From the NCBI RefSeq assembly GCF_009914755.1, contig NC_060929.1: a DNA stretch of 64,000 nucleotides. One strand, written 5' to 3'. Within the stretch, counting starts at the first letter, position 1, and every line of letters starts with the position of its first letter. A program made the translations under genes and the position numbers. This stretch comes from the human T2T-CHM13v2.0 reference genome, Homo sapiens. The notes under the pieces are model-generated. The model saw only the letters and a program-made list of their open reading frames with translations, made no database searches and was not told the origin of the DNA. This document shows positions 16,611 through 31,260 of the stretch, one piece after another.

Positions 16611-17519
16611 CTTTTAAGCATGTAGAAAGAACTTCTGCTGCTGCAAATAAGTTTAAATCTCCTGAGGAAACTTTTAATTGATATCTTTAAGTTATTGTTG
16701 GTAAATGTAAAACAATTTTAGCAAATGGAAGAAGTATTAAAATACTGGAGATGGGTCATACAGTTTGACATCAAAAAGTGGTAGAAAATATTACTAATTG
16801 TTTGAGTAACAATTTTGGGTATGTAAAAATTGGTACAAATTTCACAGGACACAGATTAATAAAATTGGGTGTGTAAAAATACGTAAAATTTTAATAATTG
16901 ACATAATTTGTATTATTATTCCTGGTAAGTCAGAATTTTTTTTCATTGATAAAGAGTTTTCTCTTTTCCTATTTCTTTTCCCTTAAGGTTGCATCTAAGT
17001 TCAGGGTATTATTATATACTTAGGCCATCAATAAGTAGTCATCTTATTCTCTATCATAAAGATCTTCCTTTGAAATATTTCAACTCCACCAGGCTTCTCT
17101 GCATTTTCCATGTCCCAAGGAAAAACATCCACCTCCTACTTTCTCAGCTCTATCCAAAACTACATGGCATCTTGGGTCTCTATGTAGTTTTCCATGGCCA
17201 TAGGTCCAGAGCCAGGGGCTTTTAGGGTTTTTGCCTCACTGCTTCCACCTGGGAGTGGCCTTGTTATCCTCAAGTCCCCAAACTATTCTAATGGTTACTT
17301 CATAAATGAAATTCAACCAGGTATTTTGAAACTTGAAGCAAAAATGTATTTCTTTGCCTTTTTAGAAACTATTGCACAACCCAGTTGTTAAGTAATTGAT
17401 TCCTGAGACTCAGAGTCTAGTTTCAATGGGAAATATGTCCCAGCATAAAATACAGAATTTCCAGGTATATAAAAGTATTGATACTTCAAAATGTTGTCTT
17501 GCTACAGAGTTAATACATG

Positions 17520-18850
17520 AATGGCTTGTAAGCCATGAAGGAAAAGGATGTCATACTGACTTCTAGTGACTACTAAGAGCAAGAGATCTTTTAAGCTAAG
17601 GGCAAACAATTGCATCCTTGTATTAACAATATTAAATTAATAATTCATGAAAATGTAGCTCACATAGAGAACTTAGATTTTAGCAAGACATTTGGAAAGA
17701 GCTCTCAATGTATTATCATAGCCCCATATTATAATAAATTATAATGGATGTTGGTAGAATGGTAAAATTGGTGTATTAGTCTGTTCTCACGCTGTTAATA
17801 AAAACATCCCTGAGACTGGGTAATTTATAAAGGAAAGAGGTTTAATTGACTCACAGTTCCACAGGGCTTGGGAGGATATTATAGGAAACTTATAATCATG
17901 GCAGAAGGGGAAGCAAACAGGTCCTTCTTCACACGATGGCATGAGAGAGAAGGAGGAGAGTGGAGTGAAAGGGGAAGCCTCATATAAAATCATCAGATAT
18001 CGTGAGAACTTACTATCATGAGAATAGCATGGGGAAATCTGCCTCCATAATTCAATTACCTCCCACTGGTTCCCTCCCAGGACATATGGGGATTACGGGA
18101 ACTACAATTCAAGATGAGATTTGGGTGGGGACACAGTCAAACCATATCATTTGGGTAGATGAGCACCTTACTAAATGATTAGATTTAAACATAAGTAAAT
18201 ACTTTTACAAACCTGAAAACAGGTTACAAGTTGATCTTTTGTAGTTAAACACATCCGTCTGTGGCTTAGAATAGAAGACATCTTTAGATATTCAGATAAC
18301 ATGAAGCTTGGCAGAATCTCAATAATTGACAAGACAGAATCAGAATTTAACACTTAACAAGCTGCAGTAATAAACTAAATTCAATAAACACATATTGAAC
18401 TCCTACTCAGAATCAGACAATGGGGAGAAAAAAGATGAGGAGAGCCCTTGCCTCCAACTTACTTTTTAATTACATTTATCACTTAGACTCTTTTATATTT
18501 GTCCTACTAAAGACTTATTCAGTTTCAAAAATGTAAATAAATATCCAAGAACAAGTTATATAAATATGGTTTATATGTGCTAAGTATGCTAGTGCCTTAG
18601 TTAAGTGTAAGCTCAAAATGGGTTACCTGGGGACCAGAGCTGCCAAAATTCTACCTTGACCTCCAGATACATTAATAGAATATTAAATGTAGTCAAGGAA
18701 ATTAAAGACCTGTTGTACATTGCTGTGATTAAACTACCTCTGCAATATTGTTATCAATTTTTAAATTATTTCTTGGCTTCTTAGACAAAAGTCATACATC
18801 TAGCAATAAAAATTCATGTAGACAACTCAATCAAACCATGCTGAGAGATA
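17520..18850 (+). mobile_element. L3/CR1 LINE fossil (RT region), split by THE1
   Basis: 'ttagattttagcaagacatttg' (LDFSKAF-like) and 'ttcagataacatgaagcttggcag' (ADDTKLG-like); very degraded. Confidence 0.55.
17772..18149 (-). mobile_element. THE1 (THE1C-like) solo LTR
   Basis: 'tgtattagtctgttctcacgctgttaataaa...acacagtcaaaccatatca'; flanks attgg/tttgg. Confidence 0.93.
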
Positions 18851-19929
18851 AGAAAAAAATAAAATTTCAAAAAAGGAATTTTCTGCTGAAATACTACTTT
18901 GTTACTTTTCTCTCTGTATTGAAAAGCTCTGTTGTGGGTAGGAAACTTATTTACAGATTAAGTTTGGAACATTTGCCTGATGTTGCAAATTCAGTTCAAA
19001 TTCATCTGAAATATTCCAATTCAGATGTCATGAATTAATAGAAAAATACTGTGAAAATAAGTGTGTGTGTGGTGGTGGGAAGGAACATTCAAAGATCAAG
19101 CCCTAGTACTAATTCCAGACTAATTTTAGTTCAATTACAGTAATAAAAAACAATTATTTATCTATTAAAAACAGTTACAGCAATTACATTTATAGTTTTG
19201 AGAATGTAAGTGAAATTAATTATATTAATACATATGGTTCATTTTAAACTTCAATTATATTTTTATTTGTAACCTAATTAGTGTTAAAATGTTGGAGAAG
19301 GCTTTACAAAACACAACCACAATAGAAACTTAAAAAATAAAAGACACGTGTATTTATACCAGTTTTTTATACAAGTCGAAATGCACGCATGTATGCAGAT
19401 TTCATTGGCCCTTCTGCTGGCCTATTGTGTGTCCACAGAAATTGACTTTGTGAGGATTTTCTAGCAGAGATAGTAAATTTATAGCTTAGATAATTTTCTT
19501 TACACAACTACCCTTTTGATCATAGCAGTATGTGGAAGTTCTGAAGAATTTCTGTCCCAGATCTCTGCTGTTTCTGACCTTGTAAAAATCACAGAATTAA
19601 GGTTAGATACTATTCAGATATCTCAGCCTTGGAATGCATCTTCTCTTCTAGTTCCCACTCATAGGTATAGTGTATTTGGAAAAGTCCTGATGATTTAGGA
19701 AAAAAGAAACAAATAAAAAAAGAAGTCTTCTTCCAGAAAATACTTGACATTGCACAACAGAAGTCCTGTTTTCAACATAGATCATAGCTTTCTGCTTAAT
19801 TGGTAATTCTGCCTTCTCTTGGAACACATGGGCGTATGAAACAACTGTATTGTTAGTAAATTACACTATAACATGAATTCAGACTTTAAGAAGAGATTTC
19901 TTCAAGTGAGGTGGATACAAGGCATCTGT

Positions 19930-20455
19930 TTTTCTTATCCTGCCCCCTGTCCTCTCTACTCCAGCTAACTCAGGCTCTTATCATATTTCACCTGTGCTCC
20001 TTGAATAATAACCTCCTACCTAGTGCAGTTCCCTCCATATTTTCCTCTTCTAATTTCCTCTTCCACTTTGTAGCAGCAGTGATACCAAATGTAAATACGT
20101 CCATCTCCTTCCTTTTGCTAGGAGATACCCCAATCACCTACAGGATTAAGGTCAATCTTCTTGCAAGACTTGCGAAGTTCTCCATGTTCTGACCCCTGCC
20201 AAATTCTTCTGGCATATCTTCTACCCCACCATTTTGCTACCTATTCATAATATTCATTTGCTTATGATGTTTACAGATGTGTTACTTCTGTTTATTTTAT
20301 AGTTATAATTCAAAATACAGTACTCTCCTCCCTCCCCCCATCACTCACTCTAATTCTCTGCAGTAGCCTGTATCTTTCTTGGGAAGTTTTCTATGACTTT
20401 CTGGGCTGCATTAGTTACCTCCCCCTTTGCTCCCATTAAACTCTGTTATCTGTTT
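19930..20455 (+). mobile_element. L2 fragment(s)
   Basis: 'caggctcttatcatatttcacctg...aataacctcctacct', 'cacctacaggattaaggtcaatc'. Confidence 0.6.
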
Positions 20456-20739
20456 ACTCCACATTATGTTTACAAGATCCATTTATGTTGCTGTAAGTTG
20501 TTGTAGTTTGTTCATCCTCATTTCTGTATTCAAGTATAAGAGTATCCCACAATTTATCCCATTGTTGATGAATAATTTCTCCAGATTTTGGCTACTATAA
20601 GTAGTGCTTCTATCAGCATTCTGTGTACAAAATACGTATGTTTGCACTTCTGTTGGTTATATACCTAGGATTGGAACTGCTGAGTAATAAGAAGAAGTAT
20701 AAATAATTCTAACAATAACTCTCAGGATTCTATACTGAA

Positions 20740-21542
<803 letters not shown>

Positions 21543-22849
21543 GAATAGGGTTTGCACATACTCGTTTTAGTAGATGCCACAACAGTTTTTCAAAGTACCA
21601 ATTTGTATTCTTACCAGCAGTGTACGAGTGTTCCACTTGCTCTATATCCTTGTTATCCCTTGTTTTGTCAGTTTTTCACATTTTACTGTTTTAGTGGGTT
21701 CATGCTGCATTGCATTATAGTTCTTTGTTCTGTCCTTTACTGTTTGTATGTCCTTAGAGCCATCTTTTCAGCAGCCTAAGTCACTCATTTCCCATCAGCG
21801 ATGTGGGCATAAGAAAAATGTGAAAGCGCCTCGCACAGTTCCCAGAAGAGTAAATTTCATTTAAAATTTGAGATACAGGATTTTCAGTCTAAACACTTTC
21901 TTTAACTAACATTTATGTATTTAGAGACAAAGAACACAGTATATTCTGAAGGCCCAAAGTAACTCAGCAGGACCATTAAAATTAAATTCACTGAAGAGAC
22001 AAAAGAAATGTTGCATTGGTTACTTTTAGAGAATGAAAGGAAGTGAATCCATTTAATCTTGTTCTTTAAACTGGAAATTTGTGCCTCTTTAATCTAATTA
22101 TTTTCTCTGTAAAATCAATTTGTGTTGCCTTTAGTGTAGTCATAGACTATAAAGAATCTAGTGTAAACTTGCCTGATTAAATCTCTAAGAATTAATCATC
22201 AATGAAATAAAACTAAAAATGTAATGTAGCATTCAAATTTTCATGTAGAGACAAGACAATACAAAATTTCAATAAATGATAACACCCACTTCTGAAATTT
22301 AGCACCCCCCTAACACACACACGGAGCTCAAAAATAAAAATAAAAATAAAAGCAGATCATGAGCCAGAGACAAGGAGTCTGTGGGAAAGGCTCCATTTCT
22401 ATCACCTAGAGATGATGAAACAGTATTTTTTTGCTGTGACCGTTAAGTCAAATTTTAGCAATTGATCATTCAAAGGAAGTAGTAATGATTATTTATTATT
22501 TAATGTAACTAGTTACTGATGAAATGATAGCATTTGTCTTTTCATAATGTGACTAGTTGATGGTAAAATGATAGCATTTTTCTTTTCATAAATCAAAAGC
22601 TGTAACATTAGAAATGTTAAAAAAAACCTATTGCTATTTCATTCAACTTATTTCACTGTTCTTTGTTTTGTGTGCTTTATTTTTTTCAACGTAACATGTA
22701 CCTAAAGAGATAGTGGATACTTTTTAATTATCTAGTATACATTATGTAAAACTTCCATAGGGACTCTGAAGGAAAACTCTGTATTTATTTTAAATTTAAT
22801 ACCATTGAACATTGGTGTTTTTATCTTTTCTTTGAAAATTTTCTTATTC

Positions 22850-24170
22850 ACTGGTACCATTCTCAGTCATTATATTGCTTCATCTATTTTTTAGAGCTTA
22901 TTCCAGGAATTACAAAATACATAATTTTTTAACAGTCTATTTATAATCAATATTTTACCACCTAATTTGAATGTAGAAGTGTTACTACTATAAAGTCCCA
23001 TTAAGATGTCTCCTTTTTTCTACGATTGTCTTAAATATTATACCTACAGACATTGAAACTCCCATCTGAGATTAGTATATTTTATGTTTTAACTATCAAA
23101 CATATTTTAAATAATCCAAAGTGTATTATAGTGTATTATATATACCCAGAATAGTGTATTATATATACCCAGATATTTTCCCTTTCTGCTCCTCTTTCTT
23201 GATTTCTGATGTTCAAAATTTCTTTCGGTTATCATTTCCCGCTGTCTGAAGAGTTTTAGCAATTCTTTCAAAGCAGTTCTGCTGCCATTAACTACTATTA
23301 GTTTTTCTTAATCAGAGATGTCTTTATTTTAATTCCAAAAGGATATTTTCACTGATATAAAATTCTGAGTTGACAGTTTTTTGTGTGTTTTTTTTCTTTT
23401 TTTTGGTCAGGACTTTAAAGACGTTGTGTCACTTCATGCTGGTACAACACAGATTGGGGGTGAGTGTAAGAGTTCATAAACACATTTAAGAGGTGACCTT
23501 CCTGAGCTCCTACTTTTTTTTTTTTTTTTTATCTACCAGGAACTTTCCAGTTCTGTGGGCTGCCCTTTTCAGACTTCTGGCTAGAAATTGCCCATTGCAC
23601 CATGTTCAAGGTCAAGCGGTAGCAGGACAGAGAGAGAAGTGAAAAACAAATACGAGTTTCATGACACCATCTTGGAGCCAGCTTGATTGAATAGAGAGAA
23701 AGGTACTCCAAGTTTTGGCTACTGCTGCTTTCTCATTCCTGGAAGATCTTGCACTACAGTTTTCCCCTAAGGTAATGGAGAAAAAGAAAAGGAAAAAAAT
23801 CCAAGAAATTTTCCCCATTATCTCTGAGTTTTGAGAGTTCCCTTTTCTGTTTCTTGAGTTAAAACTAGAGGGTTTCTTCTACATCTCTCTGTCTGCACCA
23901 CGGTGCTTATTTCTGGGTTTTGGATCATGCTGTTTCCTGGCCAGGACATAACAAAGGAAGAAAAATGTAGCAAGCTCACTGTTGGTTTAGTAGTACTTTG
24001 GTTGGTTTAGTAGTACTTTGAACTCTGGTATTCTTCCCAATCTGTCTTCTTATATTTACTTCTTAGAATTCTCAAATAGCTGCATGAGCATTTTTTTTCA
24101 GGTATTATAATTGAATTCAGTGTAAGATAAAGGGATGTTGACTTTATCTGTCTTTCCCAGAACTAGAAGT
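22850..24170 (-). mobile_element. Old L1M 5'/ORF1-region remnant
   Basis: 'ggatattttcactgatataaaattctgagttgacag' and a terminal 'cccagaactagaagt' typical of L1M 5' ends. Confidence 0.55.
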
Positions 24171-24219
24171 TTATCATTTACATTTTCATTTTACTTATGG
24201 TATCTTCCTCTGTACAAAC

Positions 24220-25270
24220 TTTGTTGTTGTTTTGAGGAAGTTGAATATTTTATTATTTGTTTCTTATTTTGCTGCAAGGCTATTTATTCACTGTATAAAA
24301 ATGGCACCAGCAAATGCAGTATGTTGCAAAATTAAGATTGGATTGTTTTCCATCTGACATTGTACAACTAACTCCCAATTATTTCCAGTGGAAAGGTCAT
24401 TCAGTATTTTGATCCAAATCTATGGATGGATGTCAGCAAGTTATAATATAATATAAGGCTTAAGATAATAATGTTATCCTTGAATTACATAATTTCTATA
24501 ACTAGTTTTCACCACCAATAATTACATGAATTCTCAATACTAGACCCTAGTCTAAACACCATAGGGTATTTTGAAAAAGATGCATATTGTGTTTATCCAC
24601 AATCATTGGAAAGTTAAGGTGTATTTTCTTTCACCAGCAGTGTTGAGAGTAGTTTCTTTTCCCATCACATTGCCAAAAGTTGCTATTTAAAGTCTTCTAT
24701 CCACCATTACTTTAATTCAACTATGCTGGATGAAGTTATCTCATACTGGTTTGTTTAGGAATTCCACTTTCAGTCTTCATTAGATTTTGTGTATTTCTCA
24801 TACACTTCACTCGTTAGTCCATCTAGTTCTGAAGGGTTACTTAGTGTCATCTTGATCAGTCAGCCACTTTCATAAGATTCGTTGGTAAGTCCTGGATTTT
24901 CTACAAAAGGTTCATTAATTTCAGTTACTTCTCCTCATAGAGGAGAATAGAGTTCACTAGCAGTTTTCACACTTCCCAAACACCAAACTCATCTTGTTTG
25001 TTCAATTTTGTCCCAACTTCACAGAGACTCTAGTAACATCTCCCAAAGCTTCCTGTGCAAAATTGCTGATTTCCACTGTTCCAATACCATTTTCTGTTGT
25101 TATCCATTTATACTTCTCTATGAATTTACATACCAACAGCAGAGAAGGTCTGTGCACAGGCCCATACTGTGGCAGTCTCAGCAGCCAGGGCCTCACTGGG
25201 CAGGGCCTACGGTAAAAAGAAGACTCACAGGCTGCAAGTTGCAGGCCAAGGTGCTCATGCTTTGTGCTGC
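24220..25270 (-). pseudogene. GCSH: Processed pseudogene of glycine cleavage system H protein (GCSH)
   Basis: Minus strand encodes [31 protein letters not shown] (GCSH: [31 protein letters not shown]) and matches without introns to the stop at 24772-24770. Then 3' UTR, AATAAA (24254-24249) and a decayed poly(A) at 24220-24233. Frameshifts after GDV and before the lipoyl-Lys motif; start codon missing. Confidence 0.95.
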
Positions 25271-25565
25271 TTCCTCAGTATCCACAGGGGATTTGTCCCA
25301 GGACCCTCCTGAGATACCAAAAATTTGTGGATGCTCAAGTTCTTATATAAAACGGGTTGTATTGGTATAACCTATGCGATCCTTTTGTGTACTTTGAATC
25401 ATCTCTAGATTATGTATAATATCTAATACAGTGTAAATGCTATGTAAATATTTGTTATACTGCATTTTTATTTGTATTATGTTTATTCGTTTCTTTTTTA
25501 GTATTTTCAATTCATGATTGGTTGAATCTACAGATGCAGAATCCATAGATATGGAAGACCAACTG
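25271..25565 (+). mobile_element. MER2 (TcMar-Tigger non-autonomous DNA transposon)
   Basis: 'cctcagtatccacaggggatttgtcccaggaccc...gatgctcaagttcttatataaaa...gatatggaagaccaactg' followed by TA. Confidence 0.88.
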
Positions 25566-25689
25566 TACATGTATCTTTGCCTTTTGTAAATGGTATCATC
25601 GATAGGAAGGATGTTTCCAATCAACATTGCAAAACATGTTCTCTTTTATTTTCTCTCAATTCATTTATAAATTTTAAAATATATGTATC

Positions 25690-26020
25690 TTTAATATACT
25701 TATATTTTTCTATTGATATGTTTTTTCTTCTTTAATATCATAATATTTTAAGTTGCTGTAATGGATATTTCTTATTTTGAACCATCTTTGCATTCTTTGG
25801 GATAGACTGTTTCTGTCTAGATAAACTATTCATTCAATATATTACTTCTTAATGATTTTTACCTGTTTAATGATTTAATTATTATTTATAACCCTTGCTT
25901 ATTTATAAGTTATGTAGGTTTATAGCTTCTTTTTATTTATGCTATCCTTATTCTATTTTAGCATCAGAATTGTGCTAGACTGATAGAGTGACTTGGAAAA
26001 CAGTTCATTTTCTTCTTATT
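25690..26020 (-). mobile_element. Old L1M ORF2 fragment
   Basis: 'ttgaaccatctttgcattctttgggata', 'tttagcatcagaattgtgctag'. Confidence 0.5.
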
Positions 26021-26276
26021 ATTATTATCAGCATTCTGACCAGTTTAATACATTGTATATGTCTATGTTTGGCATTAGTAAGTATTCAACAAATATGTGT
26101 TCATGGACAAAAGAATGGGTGAATTAATTAATAAATTAATCCATCCACTTTTAAATTATCTTGGCAAATATATTCACTGGAACTATGGTTATTTTTCCAG
26201 GTTCATACATTCTATCAAGTACTATAATTGGTATTAGATTTTAGAGAAATAAAAGGTATTTATCAGCCTTCAAAGA

Positions 26277-26606
26277 TGCTATGGACTGAATGTTTGCATT
26301 CTCCCCAAAAATTCTTCTCGAAATCCTAACCCCCAAGGTAATAGTATTAAGAGGTGGGGTCGTTTGGAGGTAAGTATGTCATGTAGATGGAAGCCTAGTG
26401 AATAGGATTAGTGACGTTATAAAAAGACAAGAGACACCTTGCTTTTTTTTCTCTTTTCTCTGCCATGATCAATTACAAAAAAAAAAAAAAAAATGACCAT
26501 CCTGATCTCAGATTACCAGCCTCTAGAAATGTGAGAAATAAATTTCAGTTGTTTATGCTACCCAGTCTATGGTATTCTGTTTTGACACCCCAAACTGACT
26601 AAGATA
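26277..26606 (+). mobile_element. MaLR solo LTR (MLT1A/MSTD-like)
   Basis: 'tgctatggactgaatgtttgcattctcccc...cccagtctatggtattctg...ctgactaagata'. Confidence 0.88.
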
Positions 26607-29585
26607 AAGAGTTTCAGTACCCTGTTAAGGATACCAAAATCGTGTCCAGCAAACATATATATATATACATATGTCACTAAGAAGCAATAAAGTAATTAAC
26701 ACAACTGGCACAATAATGAAATAAAAATATATTCTCATATCACAAGCACAGTTCTTAATATGTATTCTCTATAAATTTTATTTCTTTTAAATGAGTTTCA
26801 TCTGATCCCTGACTTTTATTATGCGAATAGAACTAGGTTATCTTAGAAAACAAACTTGACACAATAATTATAATAATATAAGAATTACAAATACAGAAAT
26901 TATCTATTAAGAAAATATAAAGGGAAACATCATTTTCCAATAAAATATCAATTATACTATTCTAATTATCACTAACATGAATGTGAACTAGCTAGCATGA
27001 TTTGTATTAGGACTTTTATACCGTATTAGCAAACAAAAAATAAATAAGAATAACACGAAAATAATTTGAGAACTATTAACAGATGGGTTTCACATATGAA
27101 AGCAATTTTATGTCTGTGACTATGAGAAAATACAAAGAAAAGTTATTATAAGCATTCTCCAAGATTTATATTAAATCTAAATGAAAAACTTCTGGTAGCC
27201 TTAATAAAGTTTTCAGCATTTTTATAAAAGCTAATTTAATATTTTTCTAATTTTTGTATGAATCCTTTTTATTTCTTCTTAGAAATAAATTAATTTCTCC
27301 AGCAGACAGGGAAAATGGAGCACTTTATTAATATCCAGACAAATAGTAACAAAATAACAAAATCGAGTTATAACTCCAAAATTAACTTTAAACTATGTTT
27401 AATAATGGTCACCAGAAGTAGCAAATAGTGCATGGATGTGCAGTCCTTCTCTAACTGTTAAATTTCCCCTCAAAAAGAGATGGTCAGGTTCAATCTGTGT
27501 GGTGTGCCAAAAGCCCATTGCCTCAACATATTTCTCAAGTCACTAAAGAAGTAACTTCTTTTAGAGGTATGTCTTTAAAAGGATACTGTGCCATCAATGC
27601 TGCCAAGTAAAGTTGAACTGATCCTCTGATAAAAACTATTAATTGAGATGCTCAAGACTGTGTCTTACAACTGTCCAGCTACCAAGACCTCAACATCCTT
27701 TGAGAGAAATAAGTACCGGAAATTTTAGAGAGGCAATGCTGGAAATGATTGTTCATGAGTCTCCCTTGGGAGCAGCAGGTAGTCTGGCCAAAGAGTCATG
27801 ATTGCTTAGATTCCTCTGGCTTTCTCTGCCATAAGAGAATGAATCATCTTTGACATCTTGGGCAAGGGGACAGATTGTAGGCATTCACTGAAATAATTAT
27901 TTTCTGTAAGAAAATGAGTAGGGTTAGAGACGTGATTCTAGCATCAGCTGAAGTTTAAAGATCATCCCTGTAAACCTGCTCTGGCTTTCAGTTTTCATAG
28001 ATGATGTTTCCTTTTCCCAGGAAGGAGATACATGTTGGCAACATCTAAACTTGTCTTGTTTAATCTAATATCACTCAATTCATTTAGAGGCTTAGTCCTA
28101 GACTTTCCTCTCTTTGGTTTGTTTTTATTGTATTTCTGGAGAAATGCAGCTCAAAGTGCTCTTGTGAAACTCGGTAAAATTTTGCTTAGTTTTAAACCTA
28201 CACCCCAGATACAGGATGTACTAGAGATGGTTCTGGCTCTAACAAGAACACTGTGCCTACCACAAAGATTTGATTCCTACCTACATAGTGCCTTGTGATG
28301 ATTCCTGTATTTTTGCCTTAAATGGAATTTATGGAGAAGACATTTTTGAGATGCAGTCTTAGAGATTAGTGAAGATTTAACTAAAACATTGATACTACAT
28401 GGTCTAAATGAGGCAGAGAGAGCATTTTAGATGTGATTCCGGTGAGTATTTAATTCTTCAATTATTCTGCTTATTGTTTGTTAAGTAAATTCACTTTTAT
28501 TCATAAAGTTCTTGCATGTAGATAGCCCTCTACTTTACAAACAGTTGTTTTTAATCTGCTAAAGTCTGAAATAAGATATGATAAAATGTATTAAGATTGT
28601 ATAAACTAAGAGCAACTAGGTTTTGAGTGAAAATTTGAGGAAGTGTCCAAGAAACAATATATATGTGTGTAAATGCTTAATCTTTGGCATGTAATTAGGG
28701 TATTTTCCTTTCTTGTTTATTCTTAGTAAACCAGCAACTTTATCAACCCGGATAAGAAAAGTTCCAGGAAGTTCAAAGTATCAATGAATTGGATTATTCT
28801 ATTGATATTTCACTTTTCATGTGTATTTTTCTAATCTCCCAATTGTGTTTTAGTTCCATTGAGCTGGAACTTTTTCTTGCATCCTGGATAGCTCATTCCC
28901 AATAGGTCAACTCCAAATAGACTCTGAAAGTTCAGCAAATATGTGAAAACAAATCTACAAGTTTCATGTCTAGAAAATAAAACCTCATTTTAAACATTCA
29001 GAGTGGACAATGAATATCTAAATGTTGTCATGCAGTGATTAATCTTCAGCTTGTCCAAATGCCTCAAGCCGGAGTTTTATTTTTGTATCAGGCAGAAACA
29101 AAAAAGGCTGACATTGACAGTGAGTCAGCTTAACTTCCCCCTCTTCCTTTTGTTAGTAAACATGTGCTCACACACTCATAAGTATAGGTACTAATTTATT
29201 CCTTAAAGCTATGAGAAAATAAAATCAGTTTCTAACTTCTTAAATTTGAGGTTATTAATCAGAACTCATTTTTATAAGTCCTTTGCTTAATTGCCCACCT
29301 AAAATGCAATTTCAAACCATTTTTAAGAAAGAGTTTTGTCACTCCACTGAAAGTCAGATTTCAAATATCACACTCCTGAAACAGAGAAGCTCTGCAGCTC
29401 TAGAATTTGGTGTGAAATTTCCAGGTCTCCTACTCTGTCAACCCAATTCATCTTCTTTTTCTTTTAAGACACATCAGTTATCTCAGGCCCTCTCTTCTCA
29501 CTCACATTGTACCTCTATATCCCCTAAACACCCAGGTAAAGAATGAGAATTTCAGTTCATCTTGTGAGTTGTTTATGTAAAATCA

Positions 29586-29892
29586 TTTTTTTTTTTTTTT
29601 TTTGAGACAGGGTCTCACTCTGTCACCCAGGCTGGAGTGCAGTGGTGCAAACACATTGAACCATGTTCAGTGGCTGAACCTCCTGGGCTCAGGCTATCCT
29701 CCCGCCTCAGCCTCCCCAGTAGCTGAGACCACAGGCAGACACCACCATGCCCACCTAATTTTGTTTACTTTTTGTAGAGATGAGGTCTCACTATGTTGCC
29801 CACATTGGTCGCGCACTCCTGGGCCCAAGCAATCATCCCATCTCAGCCTCCCAAAGTGTTGGAATTACAAGTGTGAGCCACCACACCCAGCC
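29586..29892 (-). mobile_element. AluJ
   Basis: 'gagacagggtctcactctgtcacccagg', 'ctcctgggctcag', 'gaggtctcactatgttgccc'. Confidence 0.93.
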
Positions 29893-30251
29893 AAAAAATG
29901 TTTTACATAAAATCATAACATACTTTTTTCAAAGTGGATGTTATCTTTTGAAATGTTACTGTGATTTTTCAGAAAAACAAAATGTCTAGATAATAGCCAG
30001 AATTGTTTACTTCTTCTCTGGGCCTCTTGACTCACCTATCCACATGACACAGGCCCTAATATCTAGCCCCAAATATTCCCTTATATTCACTATCTAAAGA
30101 AATTTATAGCTGTAAGTAAACATAGACATTGAAACTTTGGTGTAAAGGAACCCATAAAAGTTCAAGTGAATGATAAGTGAATTCCTTATAGAACAGCAAC
30201 ATCTGAAATTGTGTAGAGGTATACAGAGATAATAAGAACTAAGACAATATG

Positions 30252-30636
<385 letters not shown>

Positions 30637-31014
30637 TCAGGAACATGTAAAGATGCTGTATTAGACAAGCATGAAAAATTAAACCAACTCACAAAAGAAA
30701 GACATAGAGCCTCCAAGAAAGAATAAAATATCCATTGAAGGTGGAAAATGGATTTGTGGGTGAAGATATGGAAGAGCCTTTCATGTCGTGTTTAGGGGGA
30801 AATGAAAAGAAAAATCAAAAGGGAAAAAAGAGAGTAAAAACAAACAGATTTATAAGCAGCTTTTATTCTGTGTGTCATTTTTAGAGTAGAGTTGCAGAAA
30901 AGAATTTAAAAGTTTTGTTGTGTGTTATGAACATAAACTTGATTTGCCTTTTCAAGAGCTTCTACTTTAATACACTCCTGTCAAGAACTTTCTTCAAATT
31001 GCTCATGATGAATA

Positions 31015-31260
31015 GAATAGTGTGATGTTTACCAGCACAGGCTCTGAAGCCAAAGTTCCTTGTATAAATCCTGGGTTTTTCCTAATTGTATAATCTTGAG
31101 CAAGTTACTTAACGCCTCTTCCTCAGTCAATTCATCTGTAAAATTCATTTGTAAAATAGAAGTAACAATAGTTTCTACTTTATAGGGGTTGAGAAATTAG
31201 TGAAATCATATTTAAAACATATTTAGAAGAGCCCTAAGCATATAATAAGGGATCAAAAAT
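31015..31260 (+). mobile_element. MIR
   Basis: 'cacaggctctgaagcca...cttgagcaagttacttaacgcctct...catctgtaaaat'. Confidence 0.75.

Noticed and set aside
16920-16990. Donor (ctg|gtaagt) and acceptor (ccttaag|) pair
   Set aside because: The implied intron is only ~63 nt, and no coherent ORF flanks it.
25002-25196. Functional GCSH gene
   Set aside because: Intronless, frameshifted, lacks the start codon and carries a poly(A) remnant.
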